64,000 bases of DNA from assembly GCA_945859975.1 (NCBI GenBank), contig CAMAPH010000003.1:1-64000 (forward strand). The letters run 5' to 3'. Positions 39,148 to 48,594 of the stretch are shown piece after piece. The translations under genes and the position numbers were made by a program. The stretch's first letter is position 1; each line of letters opens with the position of its first letter. This stretch comes from Chthonomonas calidirosea. GTDB taxonomy: Bacteria; Armatimonadota; Fimbriimonadia; Fimbriimonadales; Fimbriimonadaceae. The notes under the pieces are model-generated. The model was not told where the DNA came from and ran no database searches. It saw only the letters and a program-made list of their open reading frames with translations.

Positions 39148-39875
39148 GCGTTTTCGAATCGGTTATCGGCCTGATCCGTTCCACGCGCCAGCCAGATTTT
39201 GTGACCCGCGTTTCTCGGCGAATCGTGATAAACCTGCGACGTGAGCGGGAAATACCGCATGGTGTAGCCCGCGCGGCGATTAGGCGAGGTGTTCGCCTTC
39301 GCGCCGTGGATAATCCGCCCCTCGTGCAAGCTGCACTCGTTCGGTTCAAGGCTGAAGTAGACCGCCTTATCCTCATCCACGTTCACGATCTCGGTATCAA
39401 AGATGTTTGCGGTCGCATCGACTGGCTTGTACTCGCTAAAGCCGTTGGAGTGCGATCCTGGGATCACCGCCATGCTGCCGTTCTCGGGAGTGGCGCGATC
39501 GATTGCTAACCACACGGTGCAGATGCCCGCCATCGTCGAAACCCGGCCTTCCCAGTAGCTGCTGTCTTCATGCCACGGCGTCGCCTTTCCGACCAGCGGT
39601 GCCTTCGAAATCAGGTGCGAAGCCCACAAGCCGATGTTGGGCCCGATAAGGCTCTCGACGATGTCCAGCACTTCATCGGCCATGAGGAACTCAAGCAGCC
39701 GCTCATCGCGAGTGTGGATCATGTCGAGCTGTCCTTCTGTGAACCGCACCAAGTCCTCTTCGAAGATTCCCTTCAACTCGGCGAACTTTTCATCCGAAAA
39801 TACTGGTTGCTTGAACAAGTAGTAACCCTGTTCCGCATACTGCGCCGCCGCCTCGCTACCAAGCCTCATTGCCAT
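39144..39875 (-). CDS. phytanoyl-CoA dioxygenase family protein
   Basis: PWHEDSSYW, TVWLAID, ENGSM.VIPGSH, IIHG, RRAG. Confidence 0.9.
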   Translation of the reverse strand: MAMRLGSEAAAQYAEQGYYLFKQPVFSDEKFAELKGIFEEDLVRFTEGQLDMIHTRDERLLEFLMADEVLDIVESLIGPNIGLWASHLISKAPLVGKATPWHEDSSYWEGRVSTMAGICTVWLAIDRATPENGSMAVIPGSHSNGFSEYKPVDATANIFDTEIVNVDEDKAVYFSLEPNECSLHEGRIIHGAKANTSPNRRAGYTMRYFPLTSQVYHDSPRNAGHKIWLARGTDQADNRFENA

Positions 39876-39917
39876 ACCCCTAGTATGCCAAGGTCGCCCG
39901 ACTCTCGCAAGCGATCT

Positions 39918-40739
39918 TCAGGCAAATACCAACGCGGTTTGTCCCCAGCGCCAGGTGACCTCGTTGAGCGATGCAAGCTCAAAAGGCGCAGTCGGCAATT
40001 CTGGCAAAACGGTTGCGCCTAAGCTGGCCCAGCAATAGCCGCTGAATCCACCGAACGAAGGCACCACCGCTTGGTACCAGCCGGTGAGCGGAAACACCGC
40101 ATCGAATTGGCCGCGAATCTCTTCGAGGGAGTACGGGCAAAAGACCAAGTTGTCCGCCTGGGTGACCACAAATCCCTCGGGCGACAACAACCGCTTCACA
40201 TCGGCATAGAAAGTAGAAGTGAAGAGCATCTCGCTGAGATTCCCTTCCTCCCCTTCATAAACGTCCGTAGAATCCGAAACGATCAACTGGTACGGCTCAA
40301 GATCTTGCTTAACGAACTCGAATGCATCGCCAACGTGAAGATGAACTCGCGGATCGTCAAAGGCTCCCGCGCTAACGGTAGGCAAATGCTCTCGGCAAGC
40401 ATTCACGACGCCCGCGTCGATCTCGACCATGTCAATTCGCTCGATGCCGGGATATCGGCACAGTTCGCGAATGACACCGCCGTCCCCACCGCCAATGACC
40501 AGTGCCCGCTTCAGCGACGGAACAGAAAGTCCGCAAACGTGAACGAGCGACTCATGATAAGCCCGCTCATCCATCTCCGTCAGCTGAATATGCCCGTCTA
40601 ACAACAGAGCCCGGCCAAAGACCTCGGTGTCATAGATGTCGATGGTTTGGAACTCGGTCACCGAATGGTGAAGGTGCTCGTTCACCCGAACATTCATCGA
40701 CAACTTGTCACCGCGAATCGGCATCGTAAAGTGGGTCAC
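39918..40739 (-). CDS. speE: spermidine synthase (polyamine aminopropyltransferase)
   Basis: LLLDGHIQ, YHESLVH, LVIGGGDGG, VEID, GDAFEFV, IVSDSTD. Start uncertain (GTG 40739 or ATG 40724). Confidence 0.9.
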   Translation of the reverse strand: MTHFTMPIRGDKLSMNVRVNEHLHHSVTEFQTIDIYDTEVFGRALLLDGHIQLTEMDERAYHESLVHVCGLSVPSLKRALVIGGGDGGVIRELCRYPGIERIDMVEIDAGVVNACREHLPTVSAGAFDDPRVHLHVGDAFEFVKQDLEPYQLIVSDSTDVYEGEEGNLSEMLFTSTFYADVKRLLSPEGFVVTQADNLVFCPYSLEEIRGQFDAVFPLTGWYQAVVPSFGGFSGYCWASLGATVLPELPTAPFELASLNEVTWRWGQTALVFA

Positions 40740-40816
40740 CGCAATAGTGAACCCAACCGGATCGCATTTCTCGAAACATTTCGAAAAAATCGGAACCCAA
40801 ACTGCCTCACTCATGT

Positions 40817-40836
40817 ATAGTTGTTATGTCAACTAT
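40817..40836. promoter_or_regulatory. palindromic operator candidate upstream of the YceI gene
   Basis: ATAGTTG-TTATGT-CAACTAT. Confidence 0.55.
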
Positions 40837-40879
40837 CTCAGGCATGTCCAGTGCGACGTGACCCTGGGGGAGAGAGAAT

Positions 40880-41482
40880 ATGAACAACCGACTAACCCTC
40901 GCCGCATCTTTGCTCGCATTGTCTGCTTTCGGCTTTGCCGCCGAAAAGACCTTCACCGTCGTTGGCGATCGACTCGAATATCGAAACCTCGCCACCGTCG
41001 TGAGCGAATCCGAATTCGAAGCCTTTACAGGAAAGACCACCAAGGTCTCGGGCAGCCTGACCTTTGATATGGCCAAAAAGACCGGCAGCGGAACCATCAT
41101 GGTCGACGTCGCCAGCATTCAGACCGGCATCCCAACCCGAGACGAGCACATGCGAAGCGCACAGTGGCTCGACGCGGAGAAGTTTCCATCCATCAAGTTC
41201 GAAACCAAGTCGGTCAAGTCGGCTGGTGGAGACAAGTACCGCGTAACCGGAAACCTGACCCTCCACGGCGTCACCAAAACCATCACCGTCAACGCAACCG
41301 TTAAGTACCGAGCCGCTAGCCCAGCCGTTAAAGCCGCTGGATTCGACGGCGACGTTGTGCAGATCGCAACGAAGTTTGACATCAAGCTCAGCGACTACGG
41401 CGTGACAATTCCTGCACCTGCGCAGGGCAAGGTCTCGAACGAAGTCACGCTGGGTATCAGCGCCTATGCAACGGCCAAGTAA
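40880..41482 (+). CDS. YceI family periplasmic protein
   Basis: Signal peptide; SIQTGIPTRDEHMRSAQWLDAEKFPSIKF, GNLTLHGVTK. Confidence 0.92.
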   Translation: MNNRLTLAASLLALSAFGFAAEKTFTVVGDRLEYRNLATVVSESEFEAFTGKTTKVSGSLTFDMAKKTGSGTIMVDVASIQTGIPTRDEHMRSAQWLDAEKFPSIKFETKSVKSAGGDKYRVTGNLTLHGVTKTITVNATVKYRAASPAVKAAGFDGDVVQIATKFDIKLSDYGVTIPAPAQGKVSNEVTLGISAYATAK

Positions 41483-41882
41483 GTTCCTTCGACCCGTTGC
41501 CATCTTCCTGCTTGTCGTCGGGGCCCTCGGCCTCGGCGCAAGCATTCCGGTGATGAGCAGCTACGAAGGAAAGGCTGCCTTGGCTCAGCGAGTTGAGAAG
41601 GACACCGCAGGCGATCTCTTTGGCGATGCTTACCGCAACGTCGGCGAGCCGCAGGAGTACGTCATCGAAGATCAGAAGGCTTACATTGAGCCTGCCGAAG
41701 ACGGCACGAAGCGCATCAGCGAGGACTACCTGAAGGAAAAGGGAATCTATCCCACTCAGCTCAGATCCGTTCGCGCGGTTGTGAACTACGCCCGAATCGG
41801 CTTCGGAATCACCTTCCTTCTCGGACTTGCCGTGTTCGCATTCGCCGCAAAACGGTCCATTCCGCCGCAAAGCGCCGCCTAG
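41466..41882 (+). CDS. hypothetical protein with two TM helices
   Basis: Overlaps the end of the YceI gene; N- and C-terminal hydrophobic segments. Start uncertain. Confidence 0.65.
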   Translation: MQRPSKFLRPVAIFLLVVGALGLGASIPVMSSYEGKAALAQRVEKDTAGDLFGDAYRNVGEPQEYVIEDQKAYIEPAEDGTKRISEDYLKEKGIYPTQLRSVRAVVNYARIGFGITFLLGLAVFAFAAKRSIPPQSAA

Positions 41883-41890
41883 AAACCCAG

Positions 41891-41924
41891 ATCGCGAACA
41901 ATCGAAAACATTGTTCGCGATTTT
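41891..41924 (+). terminator. 12-bp perfect hairpin with a short T-run (terminator or operator)
   Basis: ATCGCGAACAAT-CGAAAAC-ATTGTTCGCGAT-TTT. Confidence 0.6.
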
Positions 41925-41935
41925 CACTAAGACCC

Positions 41936-41965
41936 TTGACGTGAGCGCGAAAATATCGCCATAGT
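41936..41965 (+). promoter_or_regulatory. sigma70-type promoter candidate for the alkene reductase
   Basis: TTGACG-N18-CATAGT. Confidence 0.45.
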
Positions 41966-41979
41966 TCCAAAAAGATACT

Positions 41980-43056
41980 ATGCAACTTTCCGAAACTGCA
42001 CCGTTGTTCTCCACCGTTAAGTTTGGATCCATCGAGCTAAAGAATCGCCTTGTGATGGCTCCGATGACGCGAAGCCGTGCCGACGCCGACGGAATTCAAA
42101 CTCCTCTTGCGGCCACCTACTACTCTCAACGTGCCGAAGCCGGTCTCATCATCACCGAAGCGACCGCCGTCACCAAGCAGGGCTCGGGCTACCCGGTCAT
42201 TCCAGGCATTTGGAACGACACGCAAGTTGAAGCCTGGAAGCCAGTTGCCGATGCCATTCACGCCAAGGGTGGGCTGGCCTTCCTCCAGATCTTCCACACC
42301 GGACGAATCGCCCATAGCACCCTCGTCGGCGAAACCCCGGTCGCCCCTAGCGCGATTGCCCCGAACGGCGAAACCATGACGGCAGCCTTCGCAAACGAGA
42401 CCTTCGAGACCCCACGTGAGCTCAAGACCGAAGAAATCCCCGCGATCGCCGAGGCCTTTGGCATCGCAGCCAAGAACGCCATCGCCGCCGGTTTTGATGG
42501 CGTCGAAATCCATGGCGCCAACGGCTACCTCATCGACCAGTTTCTTCGCGATGGTTCGAACAAGCGAACGGACGCCTACGGAGAAGATCGCACCCTATTC
42601 CTCAAGCAGGTTCTGGACTCGGTCATCGGCGCAATCGGCGCCGAAAGAGTTGGCGTTCGGCTTTCCCCTTGGACTCCGTTTAACTCGATGAGCGACTCAG
42701 ACCTGGAAGCAACGTTCCGCAAAGCCGCAACAGCCCTTGCCGGCCGCGGCCTCGCATATCTCCATATCCTGAACGGCGGCAACGACAACCGACCATCGGC
42801 CGAAGCCCTCGCCCTTGAGCTCGCCGAAATTGCGGGCCTCCCGCTCATCATCAACGGCGGCTACGACGGTGCAGCGGCAAACGCCGCCATAGAGAAGGGG
42901 ATTGCGGCTGTCGCCTTCGGCATCCCGTTCCTCGCCAACCCAGACCTAGTCAAGCGCATGGAGAAAGGCGCCGAGCTCAACGCACCCGACTTCGCCACCT
43001 TCTACGTCGGCGGAGAAAAAGGCTACACCGACTACCCCGAACTCGCGACGGCCTGA
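41980..43056 (+). CDS. old yellow enzyme family alkene reductase (NemA-like)
   Basis: VMAPMTRSRA, YYSQRA, AGFDGVEIHGANGYLIDQF, ANPDLV, GYTDYP. Confidence 0.93.
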   Translation: MQLSETAPLFSTVKFGSIELKNRLVMAPMTRSRADADGIQTPLAATYYSQRAEAGLIITEATAVTKQGSGYPVIPGIWNDTQVEAWKPVADAIHAKGGLAFLQIFHTGRIAHSTLVGETPVAPSAIAPNGETMTAAFANETFETPRELKTEEIPAIAEAFGIAAKNAIAAGFDGVEIHGANGYLIDQFLRDGSNKRTDAYGEDRTLFLKQVLDSVIGAIGAERVGVRLSPWTPFNSMSDSDLEATFRKAATALAGRGLAYLHILNGGNDNRPSAEALALELAEIAGLPLIINGGYDGAAANAAIEKGIAAVAFGIPFLANPDLVKRMEKGAELNAPDFATFYVGGEKGYTDYPELATA

Positions 43057-43065
43057 CCGAACAAC

Positions 43066-43090
43066 GGCCGACTGGGCGCACCAGTCGGCC
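43066..43090. terminator. hairpin between convergent genes
   Basis: GGCCGACTGG-GCGCA-CCAGTCGGCC, a perfect 10-bp stem. Confidence 0.6.
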
Positions 43091-43093
43091 AGA

Positions 43094-43936
43094 TCACTCT
43101 GGATCGTATGGAATCGAACTAGGCATCAGCAGCGCCGACTCTTGCCGTGCCGCATTTAGCAGCCTCCGAATTGGCTGAACCACATGATGGTTCTCGAACT
43201 CAGTTGCCGTCAGGGTGGACAACTGCCAAGCTGGACCGACAAGAATTTGATTCACCGCCAGAGACTTGTTCTCAATCAGATCGACGTACTGGGATATGCG
43301 GTCACCAACCGGTCGATATCTAACTTGGGAGGTGTCGGGAAAAACGATGACCCGGTACTCATTTTCCTGCGCAAAACCACGATGCTTGATAAAGCTAGCA
43401 GCAGCCGAAAGATACTGCTGAATGAGCAACGGATCATCAACGTCCGAAATGCTTTGAAGCACTGCCCGGGCAAACTCTTCTTGCTGCTCCTGATCGTAAA
43501 TGACCCAGCCAGAAACCGCGCTTAGCGCATGAAGACTTGCGACATCGGTCTGAATGGAGCATCCGTACCCGTTCTTTCCGTACCCCCTCCACTGTCCGAG
43601 TTCATCGGGGCTGCCGCTGAAGCTCATCTGAAACGGATCAAATTTCTGGTCTCCATTGCTATTGACGAGTTCATCGAGAACAAACGCCAAGGTCGAATCT
43701 CCGATCAGCGGTGGCCCCAACCGCACTCTCCCGAGTACTGACAGCCCAAGACGAAGTTCCTGACGATCATTTAAGAACTGGATCGGAGAGGCGTAAGCGG
43801 ACTTCCAACCGCCCCGTCCGTCGCTTCCTAACGCAGGTTGAAGAAAGTGAATGAGCGTGCCTAGCGAAGTGTAATGAGCAACGTGCGCGTGCGAACGATT
43901 CGGTAGCCGAGATTCAATGACGTTGCGGTCAAAAAT
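43094..43936 (-). CDS. DUF2971-like protein (probable non-canonical ATT start)
   Basis: The frame stays open upstream of the called GTG (43726) and contains HYTS and QFLNDRQE; downstream SFS..PDELGQWRGYG and FIKHRGFAQENEYR. Confidence 0.72.
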   Translation of the reverse strand: MFDRNVIESRLPNRSHAHVAHYTSLGTLIHFLQPALGSDGRGGWKSAYASPIQFLNDRQELRLGLSVLGRVRLGPPLIGDSTLAFVLDELVNSNGDQKFDPFQMSFSGSPDELGQWRGYGKNGYGCSIQTDVASLHALSAVSGWVIYDQEQQEEFARAVLQSISDVDDPLLIQQYLSAAASFIKHRGFAQENEYRVIVFPDTSQVRYRPVGDRISQYVDLIENKSLAVNQILVGPAWQLSTLTATEFENHHVVQPIRRLLNAARQESALLMPSSIPYDPE

Positions 43937-43938
43937 GT

Positions 43939-44169
43939 TTAGCTCTCCCCTGGCGCGAGCGCAATAATGATGCCAACATTGCTGGCCTCGTAACCAAGTG
44001 CATTCCGAACTTTATCCGTTACGTCTTTGCGACGCTCCGGAATCGGCATGTTGGCAAACCCACCCCAACGAATCACGCCGCCAATGCGATCTCCCTTGTC
44101 CGAGATGTCAATAACGACACCCGGATAAACACTCGCAATGCGTTCCTTAACTTGCTCGACCGTAACCAT
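43939..44169 (-). CDS. small hypothetical protein, possibly BolA-like fold
   Basis: 76 aa; G.IRW..FANM..PERR..V...VRNAL resembles the BolA F.G....RH..V...L pattern. Confidence 0.6.
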   Translation of the reverse strand: MVTVEQVKERIASVYPGVVIDISDKGDRIGGVIRWGGFANMPIPERRKDVTDKVRNALGYEASNVGIIIALAPGES

Positions 44170-44266
44170 TGACTGTTAGACACCATTTTACGATCAATCG
44201 CGACGGAAACCAAGTAATTTCGACCCAGCGCAGAATAGCCTCGACGGCAGAGCGTAGACTCAACGA

Positions 44267-45082
44267 ATGAAGACATGGTTCATCACCGGGGCATCAACGG
44301 GCTTCGGCCGAGTCCTCGCCGAGCAGCTCATCGAATCGGGCGCGAAAGTCGTCGCCACCGCCCGAAAGCCAGAAGTTCTGGCCGAGTTCAAAGACAAAGC
44401 CCTTATCCTCCCACTTGACGTCACCCAAGAAGGCGATGTATCAAGCGCCGTGCAAGCCGCAGTCCAAGAGTTTGGCGGCATTGACGTCCTCGTGAACAAC
44501 GCAGGCTTCGGCATCGGCGGCGCGATTGAAGAAATCTCCGACGCCGACTTCCACGAGCAGTACGACACCAACGTCCTCGGCCAAATCCGGGTCCTTCGCC
44601 ACGTCGTCCCCGTGATGCGAGCCCAGAACTCTGGCACGATCCTCAACATTACGAGCGTCGTCGGACACCGATCCCCGGCCGGTCTCGGTCTATACGCTAG
44701 CAGCAAGTACGCCTTCGAAGGCATCACCGAGTCTCTCCGCAGCGAACTGAAGCCTTTCGGCATCAACGTCATCGCCGTCGCTCCGGGAGCCTTCCGAACC
44801 GACTTCGGTGGCCGCTCCTTCAAGCGCGTCGCGAACATCATCCCCGGCTACGAAGCCACCGCCGAAGGCACCCTCGAGTGGATCAAAACGAACGCTCCAA
44901 TCATGGATGGTAACCCGGTCAAGGCCGCCAAGATCATGATCCAAATGGCCGAAATGGAGAACCCTCCTCAGTTCTTCCCACTCGGAAAAGACTCCGTCGC
45001 CGGCATTCTCGACAAGCTCGACCGCGTTCGCGCCGACATCGAACAAATCCGCGCCCTCGCTGAATCCACCGACTTCGACTGA
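44267..45082 (+). CDS. short-chain dehydrogenase/reductase
   Basis: ITGASTGFG, LVNNAG, YASSK, PGAFRTDF. Confidence 0.93.
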   Translation: MKTWFITGASTGFGRVLAEQLIESGAKVVATARKPEVLAEFKDKALILPLDVTQEGDVSSAVQAAVQEFGGIDVLVNNAGFGIGGAIEEISDADFHEQYDTNVLGQIRVLRHVVPVMRAQNSGTILNITSVVGHRSPAGLGLYASSKYAFEGITESLRSELKPFGINVIAVAPGAFRTDFGGRSFKRVANIIPGYEATAEGTLEWIKTNAPIMDGNPVKAAKIMIQMAEMENPPQFFPLGKDSVAGILDKLDRVRADIEQIRALAESTDFD

Positions 45083-45087
45083 GCCCC

Positions 45088-47088
45088 TCAGTAAGGAAGC
45101 TTCGCCACGGCCTTGCCGATCAATGCAATCGAGATTGACAGCAGGGCCACCAGGCCCGTCCCGCAGAAGAAACCCGCAAGCAGAACCGGCGCGTACCGCG
45201 ACCAGGTCTCCGCGCCAAATCGCTTGGCCAAAAACTTCTTCCCGTACCAAGCACCCAAAAGCTGCGGCAGCGTGTTCGCGGGATACAGCCCAAGGCCGCC
45301 TGCGAACCCATAAAACGCCAGCAACGGGATCTTCAAGAACTGGCAAGCCATGAACGCCGCCACACCAAAAATCGTCCCGCCCGCGATGTACATCGGCTTA
45401 ATCGCGTTCATGAAGTGATTCCCCGTTCCGTCACCGCGTGGAACGTTTGTTTGCTGAATCACTGCCGCCAACTGAGCCTGAATTGGCCAGAACTGCTGGG
45501 CGTACGGGAACGCCGCGTTTGGCAAGGCATTGCTGTTCCAGAAGAAGCCCCAGAACACGAAGCTGCTCACCATAAAGAGCGGGAACATAACCGCTTCGGC
45601 CTTCAGGATGCTGCTCATCTTGGTCCCCGTCAGCTCAACCTCGCGGAACCGCTGAGCTACCCAACCATGGTCAACCAAGGGCACGGGGGCGTACCAAATA
45701 TCCACCTGCTGATAGCCCGAAGCCACAATGCTCCCTTCCTTTAGATAAGGGAATGAAACGCCGCGGCCCGTAAGGCCAATCATTCGCGCCGAGATATAGG
45801 AGTTGAACGGACTCCAAACTAAACCGAAGAACACGAGAATCCAGATCGGGAAGTTCGGCACCAAGACTTTGCAAAGGACAATCTGCACTAGGGTCGATAC
45901 CGCCCACGCCGCAAGCGCCGTCCAAACCGGAACGTCGCCGCGACCCGCCGGTGGAGCCAAGCTGAACCGCGACTCCGCCCGATGCTTACGCGCCGTGCGA
46001 ACCGCACCCGCGATCAAATAAATGCCAATCAGCGCGATCGCGAAGTTGATTCCGATTCCCACCGAAAGCCAGAAGTCCATGTCCACCGACAACTTGGTGG
46101 TCAAGGCGTCTGACCCGCGACGATAGCTCGGCAACATCCCCATCTTATGAAGGATAGGATTGGCCAGAATCATCCCAATCACGCTCGCCACCGCCGCCCC
46201 GGCGACAATCTCGAACGGTAAAACAAATCCAACCAGCAGATTCCCGAGGCTGAAGCTAATCCCCAGAATCGCGGCGGGAGCAAAGTTCTCAACGCTCGTC
46301 GTGAAGTCCGCAAACGGGATCGGGAAAAGCGTAATGCTCTCGCCGAGCAAAGTTCCGCTCAATACCGGAATGCCGATATAGAGCACGCCAAAGAGCAGCC
46401 CAACCACCGTGCCCGTGCTGAAAATTCCCCAGCGCCAGCTCTCTGTCCCGGCCTCCGAAAGCGCCGTCGCGCCGCTTGCAGCGACTGGCGCATAAGGGAA
46501 AGGCAACTTCTCCACGTCGCTGGTCAAGCGGAAGAGCGCATAGCCCATTCCCATCCAGCTCAAGCGTCCGCAAAGCTCACTCACGACGAGCAAAGCAATC
46601 GGCTTAAACCAATCGGGATGCCACAGCTCGCGGCGAACCACCGCTGGACTCGTAATCGCAGGAGTCGCCCAGTCCGGAATCTGCCCCTGAATCGGGGCGG
46701 CAGCCGGACTGTTACTAAAGTACGCGTTCCAAATCAGCTGAGAAAACGGCCCGCCCGCAAGCCCACGCTCGACGCTGACCACCGCCGTAAGCGAGGCTGC
46801 GATGTAGAACAGGATATAAATTTCCTGCTTGCGAAGCGGAGAATAGGATCGTCGAGCAACCTCGGCGAAGAGCACAATCGTGACCCATTCCGCGGCGTCT
46901 CCAATGCCCTGCCCGGCAACCAAGCCCAGGTACATCCCGCCCGGCAACATGAACAGCGCGATGAAAATCGCACCCAGAAGCGTCTTGAGCGTGAAGCCTT
47001 CCTCGAACTGTGGCTCGGCCTTGCGGGTCTCTTCTGCCGTAGCTTCCGAGGCCTCATCGGGCGGCAATTGGACATCGTTGTCTGCCAT
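45088..47088 (-). CDS. OPT-superfamily oligopeptide transporter-like membrane protein
   Basis: 666 aa with many TM segments; DVEKLPFPYAPV motif. Confidence 0.75.
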   Translation of the reverse strand: MADNDVQLPPDEASEATAEETRKAEPQFEEGFTLKTLLGAIFIALFMLPGGMYLGLVAGQGIGDAAEWVTIVLFAEVARRSYSPLRKQEIYILFYIAASLTAVVSVERGLAGGPFSQLIWNAYFSNSPAAAPIQGQIPDWATPAITSPAVVRRELWHPDWFKPIALLVVSELCGRLSWMGMGYALFRLTSDVEKLPFPYAPVAASGATALSEAGTESWRWGIFSTGTVVGLLFGVLYIGIPVLSGTLLGESITLFPIPFADFTTSVENFAPAAILGISFSLGNLLVGFVLPFEIVAGAAVASVIGMILANPILHKMGMLPSYRRGSDALTTKLSVDMDFWLSVGIGINFAIALIGIYLIAGAVRTARKHRAESRFSLAPPAGRGDVPVWTALAAWAVSTLVQIVLCKVLVPNFPIWILVFFGLVWSPFNSYISARMIGLTGRGVSFPYLKEGSIVASGYQQVDIWYAPVPLVDHGWVAQRFREVELTGTKMSSILKAEAVMFPLFMVSSFVFWGFFWNSNALPNAAFPYAQQFWPIQAQLAAVIQQTNVPRGDGTGNHFMNAIKPMYIAGGTIFGVAAFMACQFLKIPLLAFYGFAGGLGLYPANTLPQLLGAWYGKKFLAKRFGAETWSRYAPVLLAGFFCGTGLVALLSISIALIGKAVAKLPY

Positions 47089-47154
47089 CGACGGCCTATT
47101 ATCACCTACTCCATCACCGTTGAGCAGACCCTATCCGGCTGGTACCCTCAGAAA

Positions 47155-48594
47155 GTGAGCTTATTGGCCGAAAACGCAGAAAACTCGTCGGTCAAAAGCG
47201 ATAGTTACACGAAAATCGTTTGGACCTTGGCATGGCCCGTTGTGGCCGTAAACAGCCTCCAAGTCGTCAACATCCTCTTCGATCGCCTGTTCATCGGCTC
47301 GCTCCCGGCGTCCGCTTTAACTGGGCACGGAGGCGCCACCACGGTGATGTTCCTGATGTTCTCACTGGCCGTCGCCCTGGGAACCGGAACCACCGCCATC
47401 GTCAGCCGCGCGTTCGGGGCTGGAACCCGTACCGAGTTCCGCCGGGCCAATCGCCAAGGCTTTAGGCTCTCCGTCGTCAGCGGCTTTCTCTTTGCCATCC
47501 TCACCTGGTTCGGCGCTGCGCCCGTCGCCGCCGCCGTGCTGCCCGCAACCGACCTCGATGCCCAACTCCAGATGGTGCGGTTCATCCAGACCTACTCCAT
47601 CGGATTGCCTGCGATCTTCGTGATCCAGTGTTTAGCGGGTTCGCTCCGAGGCGTCGGCGACACAAAGAGCCCGATGGTCATCACGAGTATGCAAATCGTG
47701 TTGCACCTGATCTTCAACTACCTGCTGATTTTCCCGCCGCGCCAGATGGGCTTCTTCACTTTGCCCGGCGCAAACATGGGCCTCTCCGGTGCGGGGCTTG
47801 CGCTCTCGCTTAGTGCCTGGGTTGCCGCGCTGGTCTACACGCCCTTCGTCGGAAGAACCCCGCTCGGGCCGGTTTCGAAGTTCAAACTGCCGGATCACGA
47901 CTGGGTTGTCCGAATCCTGAAGGTCGCCCTGCCTGCCTGCGTCATGTCGGTTCTGCGTGTCCTCTCGCTGACTGCCTTCACCCTCGCACTCAAGCAAGTT
48001 CCGGATGGCTCCACGGCCATCGCCGCCATGAGCATCGGCTTCGCCATCGAGAGCGTGATGTTCATGCCTAGCTTCGGCTTATCGGTTGCGGCGGGTGCCC
48101 TTGTCGGACAGAGCCTTGGAATGAAGGACCCCATCCGCGCCGAGAAGATTGGTTGGACCGCCGCGCACTGGGCCGGGGCCGTTACTCTCGCCCTCTGCGG
48201 TCCCATCTACTTCTTCTCCTTCCAAATTGCGGACCTCCTGGTCGATGGCAAGCTCGGCATTATCACCGAAGCCGCCGCCCTGCTCCGCTGGCTCTGCCTC
48301 ACCGAGGTCTTCTTCGCCTACGCCATGGTCTTGCTCGGTGCCATGCAAGGCGCGGGCGACACCGTGCGTCCGCTCTGGATCACCGTGTTCGCGCTCTGGT
48401 TCCTCCGCGTGCCGTTGGCGTTCTTCCTTGCCCTTCCGGCTGGGTTCGTCATCCTTGGCCCGATCGTTTCACCCTTTGGCGCCGGAATGGGTGCCGCCGG
48501 CGCCTGGATAGCGATGTCCTCCACCCAGCTTGTCCAGGGCATTCTCTCCGCCATCGCGTGGCAGTTCGGAAAGTGGAAGACCACGAAGGTTTAA
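47155..48594 (+). CDS. MATE family efflux transporter
   Basis: LAWP, DRLFIG, LRGVGDTKSP, VGQSLG, QGAGDT. True start is GTG 47155, not 46618. Confidence 0.92.
   Translation: MSLLAENAENSSVKSDSYTKIVWTLAWPVVAVNSLQVVNILFDRLFIGSLPASALTGHGGATTVMFLMFSLAVALGTGTTAIVSRAFGAGTRTEFRRANRQGFRLSVVSGFLFAILTWFGAAPVAAAVLPATDLDAQLQMVRFIQTYSIGLPAIFVIQCLAGSLRGVGDTKSPMVITSMQIVLHLIFNYLLIFPPRQMGFFTLPGANMGLSGAGLALSLSAWVAALVYTPFVGRTPLGPVSKFKLPDHDWVVRILKVALPACVMSVLRVLSLTAFTLALKQVPDGSTAIAAMSIGFAIESVMFMPSFGLSVAAGALVGQSLGMKDPIRAEKIGWTAAHWAGAVTLALCGPIYFFSFQIADLLVDGKLGIITEAAALLRWLCLTEVFFAYAMVLLGAMQGAGDTVRPLWITVFALWFLRVPLAFFLALPAGFVILGPIVSPFGAGMGAAGAWIAMSSTQLVQGILSAIAWQFGKWKTTKV

Noticed and set aside
46618..47154. N-terminal extension of the MATE ORF (658 aa)
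   Set aside because: Overlaps the divergent OPT gene; MATE similarity and a -10 box point to GTG 47155.
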